This document shows positions 43,808-57,800 of a stretch of 64,000 nucleotides of DNA, piece after piece (the stretch's first letter is position 1; each line of letters begins with the position of its first letter). The DNA is taken from positions 1-64,000 of the IMG/VR virus record IMGVR_UViG_3300047356_000838. One strand, given 5' to 3'. The notes under the pieces are model-generated. The model searched no databases. It saw only the letters and a list, made by a program, of their open reading frames with translations, and was not told where the DNA came from. Position numbers and translations under genes: made by a program. The DNA is from a virus.

Positions 43808-45772
43808 TTATACCTTAAGTAAACATTCTACATTCTTTTGGGATAAATCGCTATTTGTTTCTAATGCGATTCCAACAATTGCGCCTGCACCGTTTGAACT
43901 TGCACAGCCATTGTGCGTTGCAAATACAGCCTCACCCTTATTTATGGACCCTACAACACGCACTGGTACACGACCTACTAGTGCAACTGCCTGTCCATCT
44001 GCAGCACTGTTCATCAAGTAAGCAGGAGCAGTTGAAATAACACCTGCTAGATATACTGTGTCAGGTCCTGCTTTTGTAATTTCTGCATCGCCACCCACTG
44101 TTACTACTGTGCCAGGTGGATATTGTACATCACTTGCATAAATCTCAGCCAAGTCAGCATACTGTGCGCTTGTTGCTACACCTTGGAATTCGGTTGCTGC
44201 TATATTACCAATTACTTGTACCTTGCCAGTGCCATTGGGATCTAAATTAATATCATCGTTTGATCTGCTTGTTGAAATATTGTTGTCAACAATAGTTAAC
44301 CCATCTGTAGTAAATGTATCAGCGTCTATAGTGCCACTGCTAGTTAGACTCGTAAGCGTACCTACGCTGGTAATATTTGTTTGTGCCGCTGTGCTTAGTG
44401 TACCTGCTACACTTGTTGCTTCTAGTGTATGCAACTGTAGTGTACTTGCACTGGCGCCACTGATGTCCATTGTAATGTTGCCAGTGTCTGCGGCTGTGTT
44501 TGTTGTTGTGCCTACTACAAACTTATCAGCACTTTCATCAAATATAAATGCAGCATTAGAACCTGTTGTTCCACGCTCCATAATAAAGCCCAAATCGTTT
44601 GTGTTTGCGCTTGCGCCTAATCCATTTTGTAGTCCAATAAGCGCATCGTCAACTGTTAATGTACTTGTGTTAAGTGTAGTAGTTGTACCATTAATTGTTA
44701 AGTTTCCTGTTACAACTAGATCGCCTCCTGCGCTAAGATCTCCAGTCACTGTTACATCATTGGGTAATCCAATGGTTACTGTGTTATCTGTTACTGCAGT
44801 GGTTACTTCTGTTGCGGTGCCTGCAAATACTAGTGTGTCTGTGCCAACTGTTACGTTATCTGTTGCGCTGCCGTCACCAATTGTTAGTGTTGTACTAAGA
44901 CTGCTTACACTACCATCTACATATGCTTTGGTTGCTGCATCACCATTGTTAGTTGGAGTTGCTAGGCCAGTAATCTTACTACTGCCCATTGCAATAGCGC
45001 CACTCATCGTGCCACCAGTAAGTGATAGTTTCAGTGCATCTGCTGTATCAACATATGTTTTAGTTGCAGCATCTTGTGCGCTTGTTGGATCTCCTAGTCC
45101 TGTAATTTTGGCTGTGCCCATTGCAATAGCACCACTCATTGTGCCGCCAGCAAGCGGAAGCATTGTATCAGCATATGCTTTAGTCGCTGCATGTTGTGCG
45201 CTTGTTGGATCTACAACATTAATGATCTTTTGTGTGTTTGCATCAACGTCACCTGCAGGCACCCAAGTAAGTGTGATATCGTTTGTGTTTTGCGTTGCTA
45301 CAATAGGAGCAGTACCGATAATCTTTCTAAACTGTAGATCACTACCGACTTTGCTACTGAATACACTGCTACCACTTGCACCTAAGTTGTTACCATTGTT
45401 TGCTTCACCGCCGCCTAGACCAGGAGGTGCTGCACTAATCCAACTGTCTCCGTCCCAGGTTAAAACGTGGTTTGTAGTTGGTGTGCCAGTGTAATCAACA
45501 TCGAGAACATCTCTTATACTAGCCGCTGCAATACGAGCATCTGCTCTTGCATTTGTGAAGTATAAGTTTGTGTTTTCAGTAATATTTGCAGTTGTAATAG
45601 TAACCCCGTTACTGACTGGACTTACACCGTTAACAGTTTTTACAGCAATCCCATCAAGAGTTGTATGGTTAGATGCATTGGTATTTACTCGACCATCTAG
45701 GTCTGTAAAGTTACCGTCCAACTGATCATGTGTGAGAGCAGTACTTCTACTATTTCTTAATATAATTGCCAT
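43808..45772 (-). CDS. Tail fibre protein with tandem repeats and a C-terminal YADLAE domain
   Basis: LT..QLD.NF N-terminus; ITENTNLYFT; AATK.Y.D repeats; YADLAE...GRVPVRV. Confidence 0.82.
   Translation of the reverse strand: MAIILRNSRSTALTHDQLDGNFTDLDGRVNTNASNHTTLDGIAVKTVNGVSPVSNGVTITTANITENTNLYFTNARADARIAAASIRDVLDVDYTGTPTTNHVLTWDGDSWISAAPPGLGGGEANNGNNLGASGSSVFSSKVGSDLQFRKIIGTAPIVATQNTNDITLTWVPAGDVDANTQKIINVVDPTSAQHAATKAYADTMLPLAGGTMSGAIAMGTAKITGLGDPTSAQDAATKTYVDTADALKLSLTGGTMSGAIAMGSSKITGLATPTNNGDAATKAYVDGSVSSLSTTLTIGDGSATDNVTVGTDTLVFAGTATEVTTAVTDNTVTIGLPNDVTVTGDLSAGGDLVVTGNLTINGTTTTLNTSTLTVDDALIGLQNGLGASANTNDLGFIMERGTTGSNAAFIFDESADKFVVGTTTNTAADTGNITMDISGASASTLQLHTLEATSVAGTLSTAAQTNITSVGTLTSLTSSGTIDADTFTTDGLTIVDNNISTSRSNDDINLDPNGTGKVQVIGNIAATEFQGVATSAQYADLAEIYASDVQYPPGTVVTVGGDAEITKAGPDTVYLAGVISTAPAYLMNSAADGQAVALVGRVPVRVVGSINKGEAVFATHNGCASSNGAGAIVGIALETNSDLSQKNVECLLKV
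44915..45230 (-). repeat. Coding tandem repeat of about 40-44 aa (roughly 2.5 units) in the tail fibre
   Basis: KI..L.DPTSAQ.AATK.Y.D...GGTMSGAIAMG; DNA copies such as TGTGCGCTTGTTGGATCT near 45075 and 45195. Confidence 0.85.
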
Positions 45773-45791
45773 TCTTTAAACTCCGCTAACA

Positions 45792-45799
45792 TATTTATC
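45792..45799 (-). promoter_or_regulatory. Putative late promoter GATAAATA
   Basis: Lies in the short gap upstream of the tail fibre gene. Confidence 0.55.
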
Positions 45800-45804
45800 T
45801 ACCA

Positions 45805-48800
45805 TCAAAACAGTCTCTCAACGTAGTCATCTTCAACATAGCCATCCACCATGTATTCTGCTGCATTAAGTTCTGCTCTGTAGTTAGGCACCTGTGCCTC
45901 ACACGCTTTTAAGAAGTTAGCATTTGTTGTGCTGCTTTGCTGCAATCCAAGTCCGTCTGCAGCAACGCCTGTTCCTAAATCATACCATGTTTTTGTATGT
46001 GTATCTGTTGCAGGCAAATATTGATCTTTGCTGCCATCTACTACTAAGAAGCCCGGGACAATACGATTCAGTATTGCTGTACCTTTTGTACCTCTGCGCA
46101 AATTAGTAATATAATTGTCTGTGTTATCTATTTCCCAATAAGTTACACGCTCCCCACCAATAAACACAACGCCTGGATATTCGCTGTCTGCGCTAACTTG
46201 TGGAAGAACGCTTGCATCATTAACATAAATCTTTGTGTCTGTTAACAGAACATCTGCTGCAATTTCTGTAGTAGCATCCTTGCACATTCTTAAATATTCA
46301 ACATTTCCATTCATGTCCTGGAAGATTCTAAATCCAGTGCTTGGTTTAATAGCATTTTCACTGATATGCGTTATTACAACGATGCTTGCTCCGCCAATAG
46401 TTGCTTGAATATTATTGCTCATTACAATACTTGCGCCGTTTGTAATATAATCACCTGGATGTAGCCTTATGCCATCTACTGTTACCCAGAAGTTGTTGAC
46501 GTTGGTTACGGTTCTATCTAGGTCATATGTTCCAACTGTGCCTGAAACTACACTACGATCAAATCCTGCACTATCAAATGCAACATCATCAAACTCATCA
46601 ATTACTGTGGTTGATCCTGTGCCTTGCCCTTTAAACACTTTTGTTTGGATGCGCAGTGGATCATGATTAGCAAATGTGTTAACACGCATTGTACTTGAAC
46701 TTGTGAAACTTACACTGCCGTCAATAGTAATTTCTGTGCCATCTGCACTAATTGTGTATTCTGCTTCACTGCGATTGTATACAATAACTTTGTCGCCATC
46801 TGCTGGTGCAGTAAGCATAGTAATAAATGCATCGCCTGCTGTGACTGTGTAATCAATATTACGAACAGCATTTAGTGTTGTCTCTGTGCTCTGTTGTATT
46901 ACTGCAACACCAATATCTCCTGGATTTACAATTGTTGTTTCGCCAGCAGTTGTTGAAATATTAAACTGAGTAGTTGAACCATCACCTGTGTGATACTTGC
47001 TGTTTACTGGACGTAATCTTACTCCATCAATTTCAACAATTGTATTTGCACTCAGTGGCTGTGCATAGTTTACTGTATTATCCAAACTGTAGGTTTGAGT
47101 GCCTGCTGTAAGTGTTGTTGTTTGCAGTTTGTACTTTGTTGGAGCATCTCTGCTTGTTGCTTGATTAAATGTAAACACATGAATTTGTGCATTTGCTGCT
47201 GGTGCTGTAGCAAATGTCATAGTAGTATTGCCCTCTGCGGCTTCAAATACTGGACTAGTTTCTACACCATCAACAAAAACAATACTTTGTTTTACATTAT
47301 CAGGATCATTTGCAAGAATGAATAATTTTTGTGTACCATCACCTTCAAAAGTGAACTCACCAATCATCTTTTCACCAGTTTGTCCATATGCATAAACATG
47401 TAATATGTCTGATGCGCCCAGTGGAGAGCTTATAGTAATAGTTTTTGTAGCAAAGTTTGTAGTGAAGTTATACTGACGTACACTGTTTTTGTATACAATT
47501 AGTGTATTATAATCATCTGCACTTTTGTCTGTTCTACCCCATTGAAATTCTGTTACTGCGCCAGTTGTATCAGTGAAGCTCACATAGCGAACTTCCATGG
47601 CATTGCCATCTTTTTCAAAGTCGTTACTTGCATGTGTGTACACTTCCATGTCAAGTGTGTCATACACTCTGCCTGGTACTAGTTCTTCAGGTGCATGGCT
47701 GCTATAAGTGTCAACAAATCCTGCGCCATCAATGTTAATATCCTCAGGGCGTGTGCCCAGTTCTAGATCTGTAAACAAACTAGTTACAGTAGTGTCAAGT
47801 CCTGCTAGAACTGCTAGACCATCACTGTCAATTTCAAAGTTATCAAACGCAACTACATCAAAGTTGCCACTGTCAAATCCTGGATCTTGGTCAAATCCTG
47901 CACCTGTTACGTTATTGCCCAAGTAACCTGTGCCTTTTTGCAATAGTTCTAGATCATCGCCAATCATACCTGCAGTTGGATAATAGTAAGCAGCAATTCT
48001 GTCCGCAGTGTTTGTAAAGTCTGCATCTAGTTTTACTGTTAGTACTGTGTTACCACTGGTGTTTTCCACACTAAAGGTTGATCCACTAGTAAAGCTCAGT
48101 GCTACATCATACACTTCCTGTGTTAGAGTGGCAGTATTTTGGTAAGCAACTACATCGCCTGCAGTGTAAGCAGTATTTGCTGTCCAGTCCTTAACGATAC
48201 TTGTGTATGTAGTACGATCAAACTTAATAGTAGTGTCAAAACTTCTTATTGTTGTGTTTACCAGTCTTGGACTTACTAGTATGCCTGTGCCGCTGCCTGT
48301 CACAGTAATAGTTGGTTCTTGTGTATACCCGCTGCCCTTGTTTGTCATTGTAATACTAATAATTGTATCACCGTTTGTTTTTGCAGTTGCCACTGCTTGC
48401 ACACCGCCTGCGAGTTGCGGTGCACTAATTGTAATTGTAGGATCTGTAATATACCCAGTACCAGCATTTACAATCTGTATGCTATCCAGTTTATAACCAT
48501 AGTTTTCACTCCAGGGCTTGTTAAGTCCTTGAGTTTGTAGTATCTCATCACCGCTAAATTCACCGCTTGGTTTACGGAAGTACCCCTGTGTTTCATCATA
48601 GTATGCATGCAGATCAAAATCAGTAGTATCACTGCCATAGAGATCCAACTTGTCATACTTGCTGACGTATTCGCGAATTTTTGTTTTGTAAGGCTTTACT
48701 TCGTTTATAAAGTCCTCAATAAAGTCTGTGTTGTCAAACTTAAATGTGTTGTACTGATCCAAACTACGAATCTTATGTGCAACTGTAATGAAACTTGTTT

Positions 48801-51800
48801 TGAACATCCAGTCTGGACTAAAGTTACTTTCATTTAGTGCGTATTCCATTAAACGGAAGAACAGTTCATTCATATTAATTTCATAGTCACCAATAAAGAC
48901 ATCGTTCTTTAATGCTTCAATGATTTGTCTAATTTCTTGTGCAGGCACTTTATCAAATGCAGCAAAGTCAAATCCATCATTGTCAAATCCTGTTGCTTCA
49001 AAGTTGCTATTGGTTGTTGCAAAACTATACAAACTTGCGTTAAACTGCAGTGTGCCACGCTCAATAATAACCTCATCCCAGCCTGTGTCAGTCTTAGCGA
49101 ACATACTAAAGTTGCCTTCGTCATTGCTGGTTACTTTAGCAATGTCTCCTGTAACCGCACTGGTAAGTGTAAGTAGGTCTGCTTCCAGAGTAACTTGATA
49201 AGCAGGCACTGTAGTTGCATCATAACCTGTTGCATAATAGGTTGCGTAATCCCAATAGTCTGATGTGTTGTAACCCTGAATATTTGATAACAGCCAACTC
49301 TTGTCCGCCTGCAATGTATAAATTGTCCAGTAATTACTTTGATTTTCATCTTCTAGAACTAGTACTTTATATCCTGTGCTAAGGATAGCAGTGTTAAGGA
49401 AATCTCTTTCCTGACTTGAATCAACACTGGTGTTATATTCGCCACTGTTGACTGTAGGAATATTTTCACTGCTTAATAGTTTTGTTAGATTACTGTTTCT
49501 AGCAAACGGTGCTTTTACAAGTACACTGTTTGTATACTGTGTTAGAACTTTAAGTGCTGCAGCACGGTTAACAAACATGCCCTGACGTGGCTGTGTAAGC
49601 ACACCGTACTTTTCAACTTCACTTAGGAATGGATCTGGTACACTGTTACCAACACTATCGCTGCCTGCTAGACTGTCAACAAGTTTTGTATACATTCTTG
49701 CTGGGATAGCCTGGTCAGTGTTGCCTCTGCCATATAGTTCATACTCACTGTGCAACACGCCTTCGTTTTTAACTACATCATAGTTAATGCTTAGTACTGT
49801 GTCTTTGTCTGCAAAATACTGCTTACAGTTAAACAGTGCAACTGCATTTGTGTCCAGGAATGCAATGTGTGGCAAACCTGCGCCTTTAGGATCTTGAATA
49901 AGACTACGCACACTGTCTGCACTAATATTTCTAAATGCTGCTTCTACAGGTACACTTAGTATATCTTTTACCCAGAAGTAATAACGAGGTTGTGTGCTAT
50001 CTGTTGTGCTATCATATACATTTGCTATGTTGAATTTTGTAGGGTCTTTTACAACGCCTTCTCCTGTGTATTGACTTGGTGGTGTTGAACTTTCAATCCA
50101 CTCATATACATCAATGCTTGATCCAGGAAATGCTTGCGCCCAGTAGTTTTGGCGGAAATCTAAATTGCCTTGTTCAGCATTTAAATAATGCACAGTGCTT
50201 GTATCCCACCATAGCCTGTTTTTGTATTTGTAGTTCCATAAATTGTTATACATTGCTGGATCTGCATGACTAACATAACTAAGCTCTGCTGCAGCAACAC
50301 CTGCTATCTTGCCTTTTGCTGGATCAATATAATCAAGGAACACACTAACTTCGCCTGCTTTTTTATTGTAAAGTGCAACACGGTTAATTTGACTTACGTC
50401 AACTCTTGTACCTTCACTGCGCAATGTGTTCCAACTACCTGCTCTTGTGTTGTTGTTAAATTCATATACGCTGCCGCTGTTAGCAAAGTTTGTTGTATCA
50501 TTAGGTGCACCAACAAATACTCTGTTGTCATTGTATGCAATTGCGCTACCAAATTTATCTAGTTCAAGAATATTTGTGCTCTTGAGTTGCTGTCCAAACA
50601 CCATCTTACTTGGATCTGCCAGATCTGGTGTATTAGGATTTAGTAGTTCAAAGACATACACTGCGCCACTTTGTGTGCGTCTATCTGTAAATGTTGTACC
50701 ACTTGCATCAAATACTGTTGTTGCACTTAGGTAGTCTTCACTGTTTGTGTTAGTTTCAATATCAAATCCTGTAGGAAGCAGCGTACTTGCTTTATCACTT
50801 GCAATTACAAGATTGCGTGTATCCGAATATGCACTTGCACTATTATGAACATGTTTGTCAAATGCTACTTTTTCACCAAAGTTTTCATTTTCAAATGCCT
50901 GTGGATGATTGATCTTTTGTGTAAGTTTAAACGGATCAACAATTGCACCAGACTGGAAACTAGTGCCTGTGCCTGGCATTACACTAAGTTTATTGTAAAG
51001 CTCTGTGTTAGTTGATGTAATAACAAGTTGATCATCACTGTTCTTACTTGCACTTACTCCTGGGATGTTTGCTGCAACAATATCTGCGGCTAGGTCTGCA
51101 GGATCAGTGCTACTAGAACTTACTGTAACTTCACGGTCATCAATGAACAGTGTGTGTCCTGAAGTGACACTGTAACTGCTACCTTCTTTACTGGTAACAC
51201 TAGCGTAGTTTTTGCCTGCGTCCTGCAGAATGAATACGCTGCCTGTGTTAGGATTTGTTTCATCTTCGCCAGGACTGCCAATAGCAATAATACTACCTTT
51301 AGTATCAATACCAACACTTATACCAAACTGCTCGTTACCGTTTGTCTCATCATCCAGGTCAACCTGGTCAATCTGTTGCATTTGTGTAAACGTGCCAGTG
51401 TATACCTCAATTACATCACCCGCTGCGGGTGCAAATTTAAAAGTAATAGTTTTACTTGAACGAGTATAAAATCCTTCAGTGGATCCGTCATTGTCCACTG
51501 GAACATCAGCATTATTTGTTTCAATTTGCAACTCACCGTTTACTTCAACGTAGATTTTTGTTTGCAATGTGTTAGTTGTTGTAAATGATTTTACCGTGCC
51601 ATCTGCAATGAACTTCTCAACATACTGTGCATAAAGATATGCTTCACCACTGTTTGCTTTTGCACTAATAGTTGCTGCTGGTGCACCAACAATAACTCTC
51701 TTACCTAGGTAATCACAGTCTATGCTATGTCCAAAGTCGCCGCTGCCTGCTGTGTAATTACCTATTTCTTTAAAGTAATCCATCTGTCTAACAACAATTT

Positions 51801-54800
51801 GTAAACTACTTGCAGGTGTGCTTGTAAATGTAATATCTGCACCACTGAGTGTAAAGTCTTTTGTAGGCAAATACACTTTGCCATTGCCATCCACAACGTT
51901 AAGTGCATTAAGATCAGTAGGGGTAAAGTCCAGTGTATATGTTGCAGCACCAGTTGTTGTAACAGTAAATGTTCTTTCACTTGAAGAAACAAGATCAATC
52001 AGTGTGTACACATATATTTTATTATCGCCAGGCGCACCAATAAACAAATGTCTGCCATTGCCGCTCATTGCCATACTAAAACCAAATTTGTCACTAGTGC
52101 TTAGTCCACTTGGACGTATTGCTGGTCTGCGGTTAAATGTACCTGTGCTGTCTATGTAATAAGGGAAAGCAGCGCCTTTGCTACTTTCAGTATCAGGTGC
52201 ACCAATAATAGCATAGTCTGTAGCAATTGCTAGACTTGCGCCAAAACTATCCAAACTGTCGCCAATGGTTGATGCAGATACATTTGTGCTTTCAATAAGT
52301 ATGCCGCCTTCACTGCGAACATAAGGCACAACTGTACCACTTCCGTTATTAGGAGCACCAACAAGTGCTAGTGTACTTGCACTGTTAATAGCAATGCTAT
52401 TACCATATAAATCATCTGCATTAATTGGACTTGCTGTTTTAACACCAGTGGTTGTCCATGGACGGGCATTTTGTAATACTTGCCAATCGCCATCATTGTC
52501 TTTGTCAACCCAAACTAGTTCTTTACTGTCCCATCCACTTACAGGTGTATATGTGCTAAGATCACTTGGTTGTGCAAAACGTACACTACTAAGTTTATAC
52601 ATTGGAATACGCACATCCTGTATGTCTGCTTCTGTAAGTGTGTCTACAACTGTAAACGTATTTGGACTACTAACTTCGTAAATTTTAGCAACTTTACCTA
52701 TTGGCTGTGCTGCACGAACAATAACATAGTCATCTTTTACTAGTCCATGATTAACATCTGTGGTATAGATTAAGTATCCGTTGCCTGTGCTTTCAACACT
52801 AGTTACTGTGCTCAGTGTTTCATCAATGCGGCGCATGCCCCAGGTGTTTGTAGTATCAGTTGCAATCCAAATCTTTTTACCTTTGCCTAGTTCGCCAATA
52901 CGACTGCTTAGTGCCTCTAGTTCATCACCGTTGAACACTGTAAAGTCAACATCGTCTAGTCTTGCATAACCCGCACTGTCTAAATCATTCTTGGTAACGC
53001 TGTTAGCATCTCTTGTACCAAATACTTTGCCTGTGTAATCGTTAGGTGTTTTATAAAGATCTTTTTGTTTTACTTCATAATGTCCCAAGGACGCATCACT
53101 TATTAGATCGCCATCAGCACGGAAGTGTATTATAGTTGGATTATTACTTGCTTGATCTTCTGGTATTATTGTTTCAATAATTTGATTACTGTCAATACTG
53201 CCAAATTCACCAACACGGAACGCCCACTCTTCAAAGTAGTCAATGCTTTGATCTAGGTTAGTGAGCTCTGCATCAATAAGTTTGTTAATTGCAGCACCAG
53301 TGCCTTTTTGCTTTAGCATGCCCTGGTAGAACTTTACCTGACTGACATCATCCAGTCCTAGTCCTGCAAGGTAACTTTTTTCATTAAATCCAATAACACC
53401 TTTACCTAATTTGTCTGTACCATCTTCCAGATTTAGGTTATCCATTTCAAAGAAGTTTTTAAACTGCCCTGCTTTGTTTGCTAGGTTTTTAATAAGTCCA
53501 GTTGTCATATTATCAGCAATAGTCCAACTGTCGTAATCAAATGTGCTACTACCATCTACACTTGCTTTTGCTACATAAGTATTACTCTGATAACTTACAA
53601 TATCACCCTTTTTGTAATCCTGATAGGTTTGCCAAACGTTAATCTTATCTTCATTGATAAAGAAACCAGGTGCATGCAGTGTGCCATTCCAATCGCCACT
53701 TTTTGCACCAATTAGTTTGAGTCTACTGTGTCTGTTGCCAAGCTCTGGCTGATATATAATATCATTAAAGATTGTTGTATTGTTGAATACAAGAACATGT
53801 TCATGCTGTATAGGATCTAATTTAGCACTATACAGATTTGTATTTTCTGTATCAATTTTAATTTCAACAATGTTATCATCTCTGCTTACATCATAGTACT
53901 TGGGATTAAGTATAGCATTGTTAGCATCTTTAAGTGCACCACCTTTTGTAATATCATCCACTGTGGCAAATGTTCTATTAAGCAACAATGTTTCATAAAA
54001 AGGACTTAGAACAATAACACTGCCCTCAGTCCATTGTTGTTGTGTCCAGAATGCAAACTCTCGTCCTGCAGTAACAAAATCATTCTTATCGCCAGCACCT
54101 GTTGTACCATCGAACACAAAGCCACGACTTAGCAAATATCTCTGATATGCTACTAGGAAGTCAAAAACTTGTTGTCTGCTAGTAATAATTGTGCCATAGG
54201 GAATGTTAATTATTTTATTTTCAAAATCTTTGTATTCAAATAGTACTGTTTCGCCTACGCGAACTTCTCTGGGCTGATTTGCACTAACACTGGGTACAAT
54301 TTTAAAGTAAGGATTTTCAATATCATAGCCCTGTATCTCATAGCCGCCGTTGCGCTGAATAATTTGCACACCACTGTATACCACACGCTCAAGTGGCAAA
54401 CTCTTTTTAGTATACACACTTAGATCTTCGTCAGGTATAAAGATGTTTTCACTTTGGGCACTGGGAGTCACGCTCTCTGCAACAACTTTGAGGAACTTTT
54501 TATCTGAAAATCCTCCCATAGCATAGCACAGGTTAAGCTCTAGGTTGTTAATCTTTGTAATTTCATCATCAACACTGTAACCGTTGAACCTAACATATTC
54601 ATTAATAAATTGGTTATAACCTTCCACACGCTGTATACCACTTGCACCGTTGCTCTGACTGTGCATCTTAAAGTCTGCAATACCTGGTCTGTAACTCTTG
54701 AACTTTTGTAATACTTGATCATACTGTGCATCTTTAGTAAACAAGTTAGTATCAAACATGAGTGTCCCATACTTTGCAGGTTTAATAGTTGCAGCAAGAA

Positions 54801-57800
54801 TTTGTAGTACATAAGGATATTCACTGCTACGTTTCCATGCTGTTTCTGCTGGACTGCCATCACTGTATACCCAGCCGTCATCTGCGTTTGCACTGGTTGC
54901 GTCTTGTACTAGGAAGTCTCTAGGAGCTCTTAAACCACCTTGTTCGTCAACAGGAATTATACTCAATAAATCAGGACGTTTACGTCTTGCAAGTTCAGTA
55001 AAGTTAATACCAGTTGCATCTGTGTACAATTTACCGTCACGCAGATCTTCCCAGAGTACAGTATTGCCTTGTGTGTATGGTGCTGCACCATAACGTGCAT
55101 CCCACCAGTTTGGCTTATCACTAAGTCCTAGCATTTCCCATGGTGTAGTATGAGGTGTATCTGTATCATAGAACCAGCGATACATACCACGCCATCCACC
55201 TGGAACTCTTGTTTTAGTAATTTTTTCAACACTGTTGCGGTAGTTCCAAGTAAAACCATTGTTAGTATCCACTGTCGTGTTTGGTGCTGTTTTAACTTTG
55301 TTGCGCAGTGCCCACTCACCGTAATAACTGCGAGTTATATTATTTGCTTCGCTAAAGTCACTTAGTGTACTACGGAAGAAGCCCGGTACAACTTCTGCAT
55401 AATCAAACAGGTCTTTGTTATACTGTGTCTTGATGTTGTTGTAGATACGTTTTTCTAGTTCTAGTAGTACGTTGTCTCTGATATCGCCCCAGCCAATCCA
55501 GATACTGCCATCATGTCCTTCAACAACTGTTTTAGGAGTAGCATATGTTGAATCTGTAAAGATAGCAGGTGTAAACTTGTACCACAATCCCATTTTACTT
55601 GGTGTAGGTGGAACAAAACTACCGTTGGTTTCTGTGTATTCTACAATAGTAATTTTGTCATCTACACTTAATCCAATTGTTGCAATGCCTAGGTTATTAC
55701 TAACAAGTATTACCTTTGCTTCCACTGTATCAAATGTATAATCCTGTCCTTCAACAAGAAGGTTAGCAGTGTTGGTGCTAGTTGGTGTATGATATACTAG
55801 TACTCCTTGATTACCAACACTAGTAAGATCAAATTGTGTGTTAAATTCAAATTCTGTTTCTGCAGCATCATCAATTGTGTATACTAGTTGTGACTTTTGA
55901 TCTCCCCACGGAAGCATATCACTGTAGTAGAATGGGAACGCACTAGTTTTCTTTCCTGACATGTATAGTAGAATATCATCAACACACTTGCTAGGATTTG
56001 TTAAATCTAAATCCAGTTTATTAATGTTATCAATAAATTTGTTTTTAAACTTTGTATATTCATTTTTTACATATTTTATACTTTCAATTGTATTTGCAGT
56101 TTCATTTGTCAACAAATACATAGGAAGTATCATACCAGCACTGTGCTGCAGTATGTTACCAGGATAGGCTCTGTAGTTTACGTCACGGATATTACTTTTG
56201 CCAGGAGCAACACCAGTTAATGTTTTAACTTGTTGACTAATTTTAACAGTGTGGTTACGCAGTTGGCCAAGTGTAAGTGTGTCAAATGTTGCGTTACCTG
56301 CATTGTTCTGTAGATTGTCTGGCACTTCATAAAAACTGTTTGCTGCTTTTGTATTACTGAAAAACTTGATAGTTACTGTATCATTCACAGCAAGTGCAGT
56401 TGTGAATACAACATATTCTCTGTCACCTTGGATAAGGTGCGTATACTCACTTGGATACTTAAATTTACCGTTTACAAATACCTGTAGTGGCTGTTTAATT
56501 TTAGTTGTGTCAACACTTGCACCAATTTCAAAACTATACAATTCACCGTTTACATCATAACTTACAATCTGATACTGACTACTAGATTCAACTACTTTAG
56601 TCCAGCCATTGTACAATACTCTATTGCCTGCTATATCAAACTGATGCGCATGTCCACTGCGTACAATTACGTCTGTGTTACCAGTGCTTTTTGTATACTG
56701 AAATTTGTCTCCATCAAAGTTATTATCAAAAACAATATCACCAATTGTACTAAAGTTTTTATAGGTTAAACCAAAGTTTAGAATTGTGTCTGGATTGTTG
56801 TTGTTATTACGTTTGTAACTAAACAACTTGCTACCAACAAAGTTGCTACTTGGATACTTTGTTTGATCACTAAAACTTGTATGGTCTGGATCAAAGATGT
56901 CAAACAACGGATCCTGATTTAATCCAGTCTTTTGTTGTGCTGTTTTCCATGTTGTTCCATCTAACCAGAACTGTTTTCCTTGGTTAATTGCACCCAATGA
57001 ACTAAGCACTGCATTTCCATCAACTACTGTGCCAACTTCTACCAAGTTTATAATTTCACTAGTAGTTGCATCACTGTCCTGGTTAATTAAGTCTACACGA
57101 TAAATCTTTGTTTTAACATTTTCATCAGTGTCTGCACTAAAGATTATTGTGTTATCCTGCTGCAAATCAATACCATCTGCAAAGTAACCTGCTGTGCCGT
57201 TAACGTTGCTAAGTGCATCTGTCTGTGATGTATCAACAACACTAACTGGAGCAACATTGCTTTTACCCATGTTAAACAATTCAAGTCCACTATGAAATTC
57301 TATAATAGGACGCTTTGCTCTAGCAGTATCATCTACGTCTGCAGTGTAGTTGTTGTAAGTTGCTGTTGCTTCAATGACTTCTCTATGGAACCAACGATTG
57401 CCTCTACTCCATGCATTTCTATCTGGGCTACTACGGTTTATGACAATATAGTCTTGGTCCAGGGGTGCATTAATTGTTCCGTCCCAACCACCTGCATCAT
57501 ATCCTACTGTATCAAAGCCATCACTTGAACTATTAGTATAGGTTTCTGGCGTAAGCATCTCATCCACTGGTGTAAGTGTTATGCCACCAGGTTGTCCTAC
57601 GCCTTCAACAAAATATTCTCTGTCTGCATAAGTGCTTGGTGTAATGTCGCTGTTAAATTGAACTTTAAGTCCGTTGGTAAATTTAACGCCATTGGCACTA
57701 GTATATGTTAGTTTTCCCTGTATATCATTTGCAACATCAATTGCTGGCACTGCATTTATATCAACTAGTTGTATTTTACCAAACTGGTTTGCATTGACGC

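Noticed and set aside
44223-45494. 423-aa + strand ORF (and similar ORFs at 2807, 3774, 41652 and 42060)
   Set aside because: Antisense shadows of Thr/Gly/Ala/Glu-rich genes; no recognisable motifs
40484-45772. Diversity-generating retroelement acting on the fibre C-termini
   Set aside because: No reverse transcriptase in the window; the duplicated domains differ at all base types, not only at adenines
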